Assembly (NCBI GenBank): GCA_965649765.1 | Contig: OZ287749.1 | Span: 37,634,001-37,698,000 of the forward strand | Length of the DNA: 64,000 bases | Source of the DNA: Bispira polyomma | Taxonomy: Eukaryota | Direction: 5' to 3' | Part shown: piece by piece, positions 24,640-36,239 of the stretch | How the letters are laid out: every line of letters begins with the position of its first letter | Numbering within the stretch: position 1 is the stretch's first letter | Made by a program: the position numbers and the translations under genes | Notes under the pieces: model-generated | Told to the model about the DNA's origin: nothing | Database searches by the model: none | The model's input: only the letters and a program-made list of their open reading frames with translations

Positions 24640-24825
24640 TTATTGTTGTTGTAATTTCCACATGCCATTTTGTCCTAGCCAATATATCTTTTTAGTGTTC
24701 ATAAGCAATTCACTGTCCAGTCCTGTGGACCAGTAATAGTCTTCTTGAACCACTTCAGCTAAAATGCTATTATTTCTACTCAGAAGCTCCTTTCAGAAAT
24801 CTGGGCAGCATTTACTCTTTTCCAG
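24640..24825 (-). pseudogene. NADAR-like domain at the 3' end of the LINE's upstream ORF (ORF1)
   Basis: EKSKCCPDF*KELLSRNNSILAEVVQEDYYWSTGLDSELLMNTKKIYWLGQNGMWKL, on the same strand as and about 100 bp upstream of the APE start. Confidence 0.75.
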
Positions 24826-24849
24826 ATATCTTAAAGCTGGAGAAACTTT

Positions 24850-26060
24850 TGTGTGAGGAAAAAAATTGTCAAAAGATAATTGACTATGACTGTAATCACT
24901 ATATTTATATGCTCTAAGTCAACCCATGCCAACAGGATGCTTTGTGAGAAGGTTAAGTCCAGATTACAAACCACAGGTGGCTGACAAGTACTTAGATGTG
25001 TTTGCCTGGATGGACTATTTTGCTGAAAAAGATAATGTGCACATTCAACATGCCTTGAATGGAAACAAAGAAATAGATTGGGCATCGACTTTTGTGACAG
25101 TTATGATGCAGAAAATAATGTTCTTTATGAGTATGCAGGGTGTTATTTCAATGGCAACGTGTGTTATTGGCATGTGTATGTAAACCCTACACTGATAATA
25201 AAGAGAGAAAAACACACTCTGTAGAAAAAAAAGTACTTAAAAAATGAAAGGTGAAAATTGGTGAAAATCAGAGAGTGTGAATTTCTGGCTGTTCTGAAGA
25301 AGCAACAAGAAAGCACAATACTGGATTGACAAAAAAAAAGAAGCTTTTGAGTGGCATTCAAGCATAATAATTATTTGGCATGGTGAAAGTGGATATAGAG
25401 ATTCCTAACAGATGTATGACCATTTTAGTGAAATGACTCTGTTATTCTGTACCTGTCTGATTCCATTTGAAGTTATTGGGGAGCACACACAAGAACAAGT
25501 GGACATGTTACACAAGGTAAAGATCCCAGATAGTTGTCAGTTGGAGGAATGCAACTCCGAAAAATGCTGTTACTGGCCCCATTGTTAAAATGGTTAGATC
25601 ATTCAGTTTTCACCCGCTGCCTGTTTTAAGACATTCCATGACAAAGTCACCCAAGCTTGGAGAGCAGAAGATCAACATGAAAGTCAAAGTGTTATTGCAG
25701 ACACCATGCAGATTGTAGGAAACAATGTGTATGGATCAATGATCATGGACCAAGACATCTTGTATGTGGATGGGGAAAGAGAAATCAAAATGAAAATTAA
25801 TGAACACTGTTTTTAAAACCTGACTAAACTGAGTGAATATATCTGTAAACGAGGAAAGCAAAACAAATCTTAAATCTTTCTATTCAGGTAGGATACACAT
25901 CCTCCAGTATGCTAAGTTGAAAATGCTGGAGTGGTATTATGACAGTTTAGTGTAAAAGAATAACTTTGAGTACATAGCAATGGACATAACCAGTGCTTAT
26001 TTTGCCATCACAGGAGAAAATTTAAACAAGAGGAGAATGGCCTGGCGGCCATATCATGAT
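24850..26060 (+). pseudogene. Polinton pPolB, copy C (divergent family), central part
   Basis: SLYLYALSQPMPTGCFVRR; VSR-like FCDSYDAENNVLYEYAGCYF; VGNNVYGSMIMD; LQYAKLKMLEWYYD; EYIAMDITSAYFAI. Confidence 0.85.
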
Positions 26061-26414
26061 AATGCCACTACAAAGCAAGTTACAGATGAGTCTGAAAATA
26101 GCAAACCAGTTACTAGTTAGTGGTTTGAAATAGATTTCGAGAACCATCTACTGTGGGTATTTATAGTAAATTAAACCAAAGGGAAAAATTCAAGTCTGAG
26201 ACATCTATGTATTTAACAACCGAATCACCTAAAAAATGTTTTGATAATTTTGTTTTTGATAATTTGTTTTTCACACAACAGAATGAACAGTATGACCAGT
26301 TTCCTATGTGCAAGTGTGAGGCCAAATTTCTGGGCTGCAAAACTGCAACTAAATGGAAAGATGATAGTTTTTCTGATATAGGTGTTGTTACACGAACCAA
26401 ATATTTTAAGCAAC

Positions 26415-26730
26415 ACAGCTAGCATTAGGGTGTTGGTCTGATGATCAGAAGGTCCCCGGTTCTATTCCTGGTATCGGCAGCTAGTTTCATTTGGTGGGAT
26501 AACATCTTCAGGCAAGATGTGAACACAAGTTTGCCTAGTGGCTCAGATGAACACTTTAAATGGCGGTCCTCTGTCACTGAGTAATATCTTCAGTGGCAGA
26601 TTAAAGATCCTTGGGGACGTTAATAAATGGTCCTCAAGCCCCCCGGCGCCCATACTGGCTGGCCACGAGGAAGCACATTTGAAGGGACGCTGGGTTCTAT
26701 AATTGCGCTCTAACAAATGTACTATTTCTT
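26415..26730 (+). mobile_element. tRNA-derived SINE, family 2 (central domain resembles Deu/Nin-type SINEs)
   Basis: tRNA-like head with B box ggttctattcc, cttcaggcaagatgtgaac, and gatgaacactttaaatggcggtcct..cagtggcagattaaagatcc. Confidence 0.6.
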
Positions 26731-28127
26731 ATAGATCCAACCATTTGGTCACAGGTCCAGTAAACCACGGCTGACACTATATCATACATTATGAATAAAC
26801 TCAAACAACCTACCATAGCTGTTCTATATTTTTTCACACACACAGAACAAAAGTTGTCTTCCATGTACATAGTATGTACAAAGTCTCATTAGAAATCTCC
26901 CCCTCTCCCAGTTTTCTGGCTTTTGTACCAGTACTGATTCCCCTTTCCATTTCCTTTCCAAGGTTCTTCTGTGGAGAATTGTATTACTATATACTGCTTG
27001 TAAAAATAGTATTCAGGCCATTGTTGCATCATTTTTAAAGCCATATTTTTGTACGGCGAATAAAGGTTTGTATTGATGTTTTAAACTTTAAAAAAAAGAA
27101 AAGTATAGTGATTTAAGGTAAATGGACAACTTAGTTGAAGTCCAGTTTAACAGATATTTATGTTGTGTTCAAATTGATGAAAAGAACCAACAAAGAAAAA
27201 AATTAACCAACCATGACCTAGACACACATTGTGACCATCAGTGTATGTATATGAGAAGGGAGGTGTTTGACTTTGCCTTTTTTTTACAGCAGTACACTGA
27301 CTGTCAAAATTATGTTTTGTTATAACTGCTTCAATTTTTAAGGCCAGTTTTTATGGTTAGGTTAGAAGTAAATGTTTGTGTTATTGTTTTAAACGTATAC
27401 CAATAAAATGATTGCTTTAAGCTCAAAGCATTTTTAATATATAAATATATATATGATTAGATTGTATGAAATTAATAAAAAAGTTATCAAAACAGTAAAA
27501 AAAATTAAAGCAACTATAATCAAGCCAAATATTGTGACCAGCAATATATGTATGAGAACTGACAAGTGTAAATCCCACTCACACACACACACTCTTTGAT
27601 CTCTAGGCTGTGATGTCATTCACTTGTTTTACCAAACAGTGTATACAGATACAGACACACACACACACATAGAATACTATATGTGAGTCATGCTGTTTAG
27701 TGTGGTAAAGGACCTTTCAATCAAATCTGACAATCTCAAAATAAAAACTTGAATAACTTATACTAGACCCCATATAATCAAGCCAAATTAATTTTGGACC
27801 AACTAGAGACCAGAGAGTATATATATATATACCAAATATAAGAGAACAACTCCCTACAGATTCAGAGATTACCCTGTTGACAGGACGTAACTATGTGTAA
27901 CCAAGGGTCTTCCACTGTACACTTCTCTATCTCCAGTAAACCATGATTATGCCAATAAGCATTAGCATAATCATGCAATAATGTGGTCAAATCTCACCTG
28001 CAACAAGAATTTGCTGATAAAATTGTCAATAGTTGCTATCTGAATGAAAACCCCCTAACCCATACTGTTTCCCATAATAATATAATTTTAATGACAAATA
28101 TGTGGCATAATATTAGAGACAGCCAGT

Positions 28128-28740
28128 GCTATTCAAGCTTGAACAACAAGGAGTGTAACTGGTGGCATTATGCCCAAAGACATATGTGTTAGAAGATGAC
28201 CAAGGAAACCAGAAAACAGCCCTAAAACAGGACTAAATAAGAGTTTTGTTGAAATCCCTGTAGAAAAGTGTAAAAACGTGCTGGACAGTGGAAATCCATC
28301 AACAAAAGTTTTCGTGCTCATGAAAACAAAATGTTTACTTCTGAGCAGAAGCGTGCTGGGTTAGTAAACTTTACTGCAAGAGAGAACTTGTGGACAATAT
28401 TCATACCAAGCCCTGTGATTTAGTCTTGTGTTCCTGGGATGATGAAAATCCGATTGCTATGCATGATTCTGATGTGCTGTCTTCGATGTTTCCATTCCAG
28501 TTTATGATGAATGGATAACAGTTTGCCAACATATTTGAGTATATGAAGATCTTCATCTTTAGTGAAAAAAGTGATTGCTTTGAAATATGATACTGTTGGT
28601 GATTTTTGAAGAAAGTTAAACTGTCTACACCAAAACAGGCTGGTGGCTTCTAGGCTGGTGGCTTAGAAGAAACTTTACTCAAAGTTACTCCTGTAAAGCA
28701 GTACCTGAGAGCTAATCAGTGGGGAAAAGAGACTATAAAT
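28128..28740 (+). pseudogene. C-terminus of pPolB copy C followed by the start of a NADAR-like domain
   Basis: LFKLE..LVALCPKTY..GLNK..FRAHENKMFTSEQKRAGL..YCKRELVDNIHTKP, then in frame VLSSMFPFQFMMNG*QFANIFEY. Confidence 0.78.
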
Positions 28741-28746
28741 TGAATG

Positions 28747-28985
28747 GCCACACAGTGACCACAATGAGACACAGTAACTACAGTGAGCTGTCTACGATGC
28801 ACATCCAACAATGACAAGTGTGATGTCTGATCTAGAATTGACCATCAACAATGACCACAGTCAACCACACTGACCACTGAGATGTCCAACCACAATGACC
28901 AATGTGATACTTGACCGTAGAACAGTGGCTGATTATATAGTGACCACAGTCTACCCCAGTGACCAATGTGATGCTTGACCACGGT
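28747..28985. repeat. Degenerate ~11-bp tandem repeat (gaccacagt/gaccacaat)
   Basis: cacagtgaccacaatgagacacagtaactacagtga... Confidence 0.7.
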
Positions 28986-29239
28986 GCTTATGAATTATTA
29001 CATCTGCAGTTTCTTCAGCTGTATTTTTATGGGCGAACATTATAATCATGTAGACATCCTTTAATGTGTGCAGTTTAACGTTTATGCATGTTCTAGATTA
29101 AGTAAACGTGCTTAAATTGCATTTATGTCAACTGTTTATACAATACTAAAAAATCTTGGAAATTGTCTAATTCAAATTGTCTAAAATCGTATTGCTTGTT
29201 TAAGTATTTCCTTTCTTTTGATCATACTGATTTAAATTG

Positions 29240-29510
29240 ATTGGTTTGGCATTTTAGCATTTTTTTTCTGAATTAATTTAATGATAGAATAATTTAATGA
29301 TAGTAAGAAAAAAACATTTATATTCATAATAGTTAATTGTTTTAATGTTTGGTTCAGCATTTATGTTCATTTTTTAGTTAAAATGATTACACCACATTAA
29401 CCCTCCTATTGATCTCCACACCTCCACATGTGGTACCTTCACACCTACACATGTGGAATCTACACATCTTCATATGTGGTATCTGCGCATCACCACATGT
29501 AGGTCAACCA
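29240..29510 (+). repeat. Polinton non-coding fragment including CCACATGTGG repeats
   Basis: A condensed match to 56110-56720. Confidence 0.7.
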
Positions 29511-29894
29511 TTGTTTAATGAACATACAATATCTAGTTGTTTAATAAACATTCAATATGCATTTAAGTTTGATGAACAAACAAATTGTGTAATATCCATT
29601 CAAGTTGTGTCATGAAACAAATGGTATGTGTTCAAATTATTTTAGGAAATAACAATATGCATTCATATTTTGTAGTGTTGTGTTGTGTTTTAAATGATAT
29701 TTGTTCAAGTTGTTTAATAAAATAACAATATACATTTATGTTGTTTAATGAACAAATATGCACACATTGTGCAGTCATATCGGTATCCTCAGGAGCACTC
29801 CCGGTATTCATATTTTCTCTGTACATAGGTATGGTGTACCAAATGCCCCCTATATACAATTCATCAGTCACTGGATGCTTGTGATGCTTGTGAT

Positions 29895-30488
29895 CAAGTA
29901 GGGCTTCACCCAGTATGGGTTACATCCAATGGGCTTTTAATCCAGTAGGGTTTCATGTAGTGGGGGTTTCATCCAATAGGAATATTATCCAGTAGAGGTT
30001 TTATCTGGCAGCATTTTTATCTAGTATGGGTTTTAGGGAGAAGGGATTTCATCCAATAGGGTTTTTATCCAGTAGGGGTTTCATCCTGTGGGCTTTCATC
30101 TTGTGGGGATTTTATCCTATAGAACTTTTATCCAGTGAGGTTTTTATCTGGTAGGTTTTTACCCAGTATGAGTTTCATCCAGTAGGGTTTTATCCAATAT
30201 GGGTTTTATCCACTGGAGTTTTTTCCAAAGAGTTTTAACCATTCAGTTGGGATTATCCAGTAGAAGTTTCATCTAGTAGGGGTTTTACCCAGTGGAAGTA
30301 TTATCTAGTAGGATTTTTATCCAGTGGGGTTTTATTCAGTAGGGTTTTATCCTACAGAAGTTTTATCCAGTAAGGGTTTATCTGGTAGAGTTTCTATTCA
30401 GTAGCAGTTTCATCCAGTTCAGTTTTTATTTAGTAGGAATTTTAATCGAGTATGGGTGTCATTCGATGGGAGTTTTATCCAGTAGGGA
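29895..30488. repeat. Minisatellite, ~18-19 bp unit gggttttatccagtag(g)
   Basis: About 30 degenerate tandem copies. Confidence 0.9.
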
Positions 30489-30670
30489 TGATCTAATCTG
30501 TCTTGTATGCTAGCTTGACTTTGACAACAAATATTGTCATTATGAAAGCTAGTGGAGTCGCAACAAGAATAGAATGGAGTGGCCTTATAGACACATCAGG
30601 AAAATTCCCCAGTCTTCGGCAAAGAACTGTCGAATTTGTTATACATGCTACAGTAAAACTAAGATTTGAA

Positions 30671-30878
30671 CAATCACTGGTCTCTCACCTTTGGGCGGTG
30701 TGAGTTTGAATCCCGTTGATGCCTATGTGGGAAAGGTGGTAGTTCCTTACTGTAGGCCGCTGGTTTCAGGGCAGAACCTTGATCAACTGTATGCAGTGTT
30801 TCCTCCAGCGTTTCCCAATTTAACCTAAACAGGTACTGGAGTGGACGTTAAATATCTAAATTCAAAAAAAAAAAAAAA
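30671..30878 (+). mobile_element. tRNA-derived SINE, family 1, 5'-truncated copy 3
   Basis: caatcactggtctctcacct...gtggacgttaaatatc followed by poly(A). The A box is missing. Confidence 0.88.
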
Positions 30879-33099
30879 ATTAAACCCATAAGCTGAGTTA
30901 ATGGCCAACAAGACCTATACATGTTTACCCGTACCTGTGTCCTTGTCCGTATCACTATTTATGAAAGACAACCATACAGTTAACCATATAATTAGCATGT
31001 ACAATGTGAAAAAAACACATTATTCATGGAATACTTTATTTGTATTAATTAAAGACCATCTACATATACCTGTAATTTTCAGTGTGGAAATAAAAAATAT
31101 TTGGATATACTAACATGGACGAATATGTTTGGCCTCTAAAGTTCCTGCTGTTATAACACAAAGACTTTCATTTGAATGTTTTCATAAAAAATACCAACTA
31201 AATTTTAAAATGTTACAGGAAGATTTCCAAAGAGTAGTTTTAGAGGAAGAACTATTATGTAAATATAATATTCAAAACATAAATGTTAACAAAAGATTGG
31301 ACGATTATGTGTCATATATATGATTTTATTAAGATATTGAGGTATATCAGTAAGATTGTTAATGTCACAAACAGCAAATCTTTTTATTCCATCCTGGTTG
31401 TCAGTGCTGCACGGAATTGTGACAACCTGTGCATGTATTATTTACAATGACAGTGATCAACTATGTAATACAGCAGAACCTCTAGTGGTGGCAGGCCAGT
31501 TATTGGCAGTTAACACCTGTATACTAATTGATGCCCACCCTTATTAAAACAGTGAATAGCTCTTTGCAGGAACTATATTTGAAATCCAGTTTGGTAAATC
31601 AAACATAATACTAATAAAGTTAACATAATAATTGTCTGTGGTTCATTCAATGCTTGCAGTTCTACTTCAGAATTATGAAATTCCTTTAGTCAAAGTACAC
31701 AAATAACATAAGTAAGACCAAGTTAAACATGTCAAATATGTAACACTTTGAAGCATCTAAAGTTTCGGGATTGTTCGGGAAGAAAATTGTAGAATTCTAC
31801 TTTGATAACTTCAATCAGTGAGATGCCACATCTGCACTCTACCTGGTCAAGGCATTATCATCACGATTCACTGGTGCAGTTATTATCACCATGGGCCATA
31901 CATTTGAGACTATAGTGCAACATCTCCCATGTTTCAGGCAAGGACGATATTCTCTGCACACAAAATCATGATCATATTTGCCATATACTGCAGTACACAC
32001 ACCTTAAATATTTTCCCTGTATAAATCTGAATAAAAGATAAGTTTACCAAGCTACGATAAGCTAATATTTTCCATATACTAACTGCTCTACACACACTTC
32101 CCAAATTATCCCTGTATAGGTATATGTACAACGGTAAAGTTTATTACCTTCATATCCAAAAATATTTGCTATATATTATTTATACACATACATCCAATAT
32201 TGTTCCTGTATAGGTAGATAAATTTACACAACCACTCACACCAGTTATGTCAATGGTCAAAAGTGGCATCCCCAATAAAGGGCTGGATATTTTGAACCCA
32301 TCAAAAAGGCATGGTGGAAAAAAAACATGTTGAAATAACTTTAAATAAACCACACCTTGGACAAAATGTACCAATATTTAAAAATTTTTTAGTCAAATTT
32401 AATATATTTAAATAGTTTTATTTGTGATACAGTCTTACCATTACAAAAAAAAACTGCTGGTACACACACCCTGGCAGAAAGACGAACCAGTGAAATCATA
32501 AACATAATAATTACAGTAACATATTGATTACTATATATTTACACATAATATATTACAGCGACTGTAGCACTGCTAGCATAATTATATACACTGAATACAA
32601 TAATATCATACACTGTTCATACACCTGAAGGTTAGTTATATGCTAGATAAAAGGTTGTATATATTTAATTAAATAAACTTTTAAATGTATGCCAGTTTCT
32701 TTAACATTTCTTCATTAAAATTTAATTTTGCCAGTAGTTTTTGAATTGGTATATATGAATTTTTTGTGGCAATTAGAATCGTATTGATTGGAAGGAACTT
32801 ACTGTCTGTAAAAAAAATGTCCTAAAATAATTTCCTGGGAATTCAGTTTCAAATTGTGACCTGTTTTGCTGGAAATCTAGATTTGTAGATTTTGCCACAA
32901 TTTAATATTAGTACTATTTTCAGAGAAAATATTTTGTATTTACATCTTTAAGTCATGTGTACCAAGATTTAAATTTTGTTTTTTTTTCAGTAAAAATTTA
33001 ACGTCACTACTATTTTCAGAGAAAATATTTTGTATTTTACATGTTTAAGTCATGTACCAAGCTTTAATTGTTTTAGTAGAAAATATAGACTTGCTCACA

Positions 33100-34420
33100 A
33101 GTCTTTACTGTTGGTTAAATGCCTGCACTTTACACAGTTCCCATTCTGTTTCAAATATATCAGGATGGTTGAATATTTGGTTGTCAGTGTAGAAATGAAA
33201 TTTCAGGCACAACCCCCTGTAAAAATCCTTAAAGTCATACCAGATTTGTGACTTATTACATGGCTCAGGGTTGGGGCAGAATGTGAGTCTTTTTTGGAGG
33301 GCACTGATTTGGTGATCAGTTAAAGGATGGATATGTTGATTACTGTGAGATTTAAAAAACTTTCTAAACTTTGTCCTGTTTAAAGCATGCCTGATTTGGC
33401 ATTTGGTGCTTCCAACTTAGTTTTAAGCAGTTGTCAGGCATAGTTTTTGTCCTGCATGTATGGACAAAGATTAAATCAGATAAATGGACTAAGGCAGGTA
33501 AGAGGTGACCGGTGAGCACCGCCTAGGGTGACCATAGTAACTAGATAAATGTAAACAATTTTTTTTAATATATATAGGAGTATTAAAACATAATTAAATC
33601 AAGATGTTTTTATATGATGTAGGTAATAAGAATGTACATGAATAACACTAGAACGTTATATAAGTATTAGTTTAAAAAATTAGTATATATCAGGATAAAC
33701 TGTGGATTAAATTATTTATTTTAAATCAAGTCGGTCAGTCCTTTCAACAGCTGATTGAGTTGTTGGTTAGCGTTTGATGATCTGTTACAGCCTTTTTGTT
33801 GGTTTCTTTGAGGGCCTTTCTTGTAGCCTGGTTTGGGTCCACTCTTACCTTTGTTAGTTGGAGTGAGAGGAGTGAACCTTTTCTTCATCACCTTAGGTGC
33901 AGCATTCTTGTAATTGTCACTGAGAGAGTTCTTTATTGCTAGGAACTGTTCAGGGCTGAGGACATTTTGCATCTCGGCCAGTTGAGTTTAAATATTAGTT
34001 TTGATATCTGTATATATGGAGTTGAGTTCTTCCAGGAGGAGCAGAGTGAGATCCTTCTTGCAGGCAGCAGTTATGGTGCACGACCTAATTTTAAAGCGTT
34101 TGTCCTGACTCTGAGGAGGCAGGCATCTGAAATTGGTCTGCAGCAGTAAGATGCCTTACTGTAGTTGAGATTTGAACAGATGGATACTGGAACCCAAGCT
34201 GAATTTCATCCTGAACATGGTTTTGGTTTACAGGTAGAGGGCTTTAGTTACACTGAGATAGTTGTCCCTAGTGTTGGTGAATGGATTCACAGTTGGAGAG
34301 GATGTTCTTCTTATAGAATTTTGCTGGTGCAGGGTTTGGTGTGGATTGTTGAGCCACACTGGTGAAGAGCTTGATTGTTTCATCACTGAGGGAAGCTTTA
34401 GGGACCGGCGTCCCAGGGCT
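33100..34420 (-). mobile_element. Penelope-like element, second (partial tandem) copy of the 5' region
   Basis: Diverged direct duplicate of ~38290-39440, covering the upstream ORF 33721-34400 and the RT-ORF start VINISF..DHQISALQKRLTFCPNP..DFYR. Confidence 0.8.
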
Positions 34421-34599
34421 GAGGGACAGTTTTGTGGTAATTACTGGTACTAAAAAGGTTTCTTAAGTTGAGAGCTTAAGTATTAGTGGATAGTTTACAC
34501 TTATCTAAATAAATATTTACATACATATGTAATACTATATCCAAATCCATACAATGTGTAGTATTGTTAAGATAAAATGATATTTGTTGGTATCACTTA

Positions 34600-34653
34600 A
34601 TTCAGTGATGATTTGGACCAGTAGTCTCAAGTCCTAAGAAATGCGTACGGTTT
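34600..34653 (+). ncRNA. Degenerate minimal hammerhead ribozyme candidate
   Basis: (g)TGATGA, stem II tttggac/gtcctaa, GAAA, then tgcgta (compare gaaacgcgtH). The first core C and stem I are imperfect. Confidence 0.4.
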
Positions 34654-35016
34654 GCCGGCACATTTTCAAAATTATTTTACATGGCTAATGGTAAAGTATA
34701 CTGAAACAATAAAATGTAAATATACAGAGATGAATATATTAACATTTTTATTAGGTAGTTAGTGTCTATATAACTAGATTCTATGGGGAATATTTTTGAT
34801 GTTAAATTACAATTTGGGGTAAAAAAACATCCACTCAAAAATAATAAAGTGGTGTTATCCAGTAGGGAATAAAATGTATTTGGACATTTTGTTTAGAAAA
34901 ATATTTTTATAAAGAATATTCATATAATTTGGATATGAATATAACAAGATATATTTTTTATAAATGATTCATATATCAATAATTTGAATAAAGTAGCGAA
35001 TACCGGATGATTGAGG

Positions 35017-35968
35017 CTAATAGTCACAATCCAGAAGGCTGTTGAAATTGATGCTTCTGATGGTGTCCATCATCTCCTCTGATGGGGAGAGGGTTTGCAA
35101 CATTTGTCTCATTATGTCTCGTAGATGTTCAGAGCAGGAAGACTGTAATGGGTCGTCAGATAGGCGAGTGATACTTGATGTTGATTTTGACACTGGCGAT
35201 TGTCCTGAAATATCCCAAATGCTGAGGTATAGGAGGGGTGGCTGTGATGAGATTTTCACAGGCCTGGATAAAAGAATCATCAGTGATTGAACCAGTTGAT
35301 GTGCTGGTGAAATATTCCTCAATGTCTGGAGTTAATGGGGGTCCAGTTGGGTTGCTGTCCCAACTGTTATTCGCAGCTGTCCTGTTGTAATCCCACAAAA
35401 AAGTGACATCAGTGTTTGTACTGGATTCACAAGTTGAGGTGTCTGTTTGACAGCTGGCGTCTCTCTTTTTCACAAATTGAGTGTTTATTCATTGATGTTT
35501 GACCTCTGGCTTGGTGGTCAAACAGCACATATTAGTCTGTGAACAAATAGTCACAGTGGTGTGGTTACTAATGGTTTCAGTAGTAAAAGTAGAAACAGGC
35601 GGCTTTGAAGATCCAGAGATAGTTGGTAAATCATCCAGATATTCTTCTTGAGAAAAAACAGGAGAGTGAGATGACTCATGGTTAACCGGATGTTCAGCAA
35701 GATACTTATCCAGCGAGAAAGATGAAGGTGATGGAGAAGAGGCTTCATCATTAATGCAATCTAAAATATTCTAAAAATCATTGATGTCCTGCTTATGGAA
35801 AGACAACTGGTGCTTTTTCAGATATTCCATCCTTTTGAATGATTTTCCACATATTTGACATGTGAACACTCGATATAAATGTCCAATATTGATATGTCTT
35901 CTAAGGCTTGCTCTCTTAGAGTAAGTCTTATGGCAGTTGGAGCAGGTAAACTAGGTGCTAAACTTCAT
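35017..35968 (-). pseudogene. Two-C2H2-finger protein with S/T/P-rich tail, lying within the Penelope repeat unit
   Basis: FTCSNCHKTYSKRASLRRHINIGH and FTCQICGKSFKRMEYLKKHQLSFH, followed downstream by RDASCQTD and SSTNTD. Confidence 0.6.
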
Positions 35969-36239
35969 CTTCAAATAATATTTAGGTGTTGTCTTCTGAG
36001 ATATGAATTTTTGAAATCAGCCTAGGTTGACTAGGTAAATTATGTTGCTTGGTAATGTTATGACGTCAGAAGCACTAGTGACGATCCGGTCTATAAGGTT
36101 TGTCTGACGTAAGTCAATTGTGACATTATGTTTATGTCACTAGTTACATAGGTATGCTTATTTAACACCCTGTATAAAGTCGGCCCAATATAAAGATAAA
36201 TATGTAAGGTGGTATTAGGGGTATCACATAATACATAAG

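Noticed and set aside
26153-26425. Three overlapping ORFs
   Set aside because: No recognisable domain. The region lies in insertion debris splitting pPolB copy C.
29895-30488. CRISPR-like array (also 47050-47245 and 40680-41830)
   Set aside because: Tandem degenerate units without unique spacers, no cas genes, and a eukaryotic context.
30900-32400. Possible host exons or LINE C-terminus
   Set aside because: Short ORFs without recognisable motifs or a consistent splice pattern.
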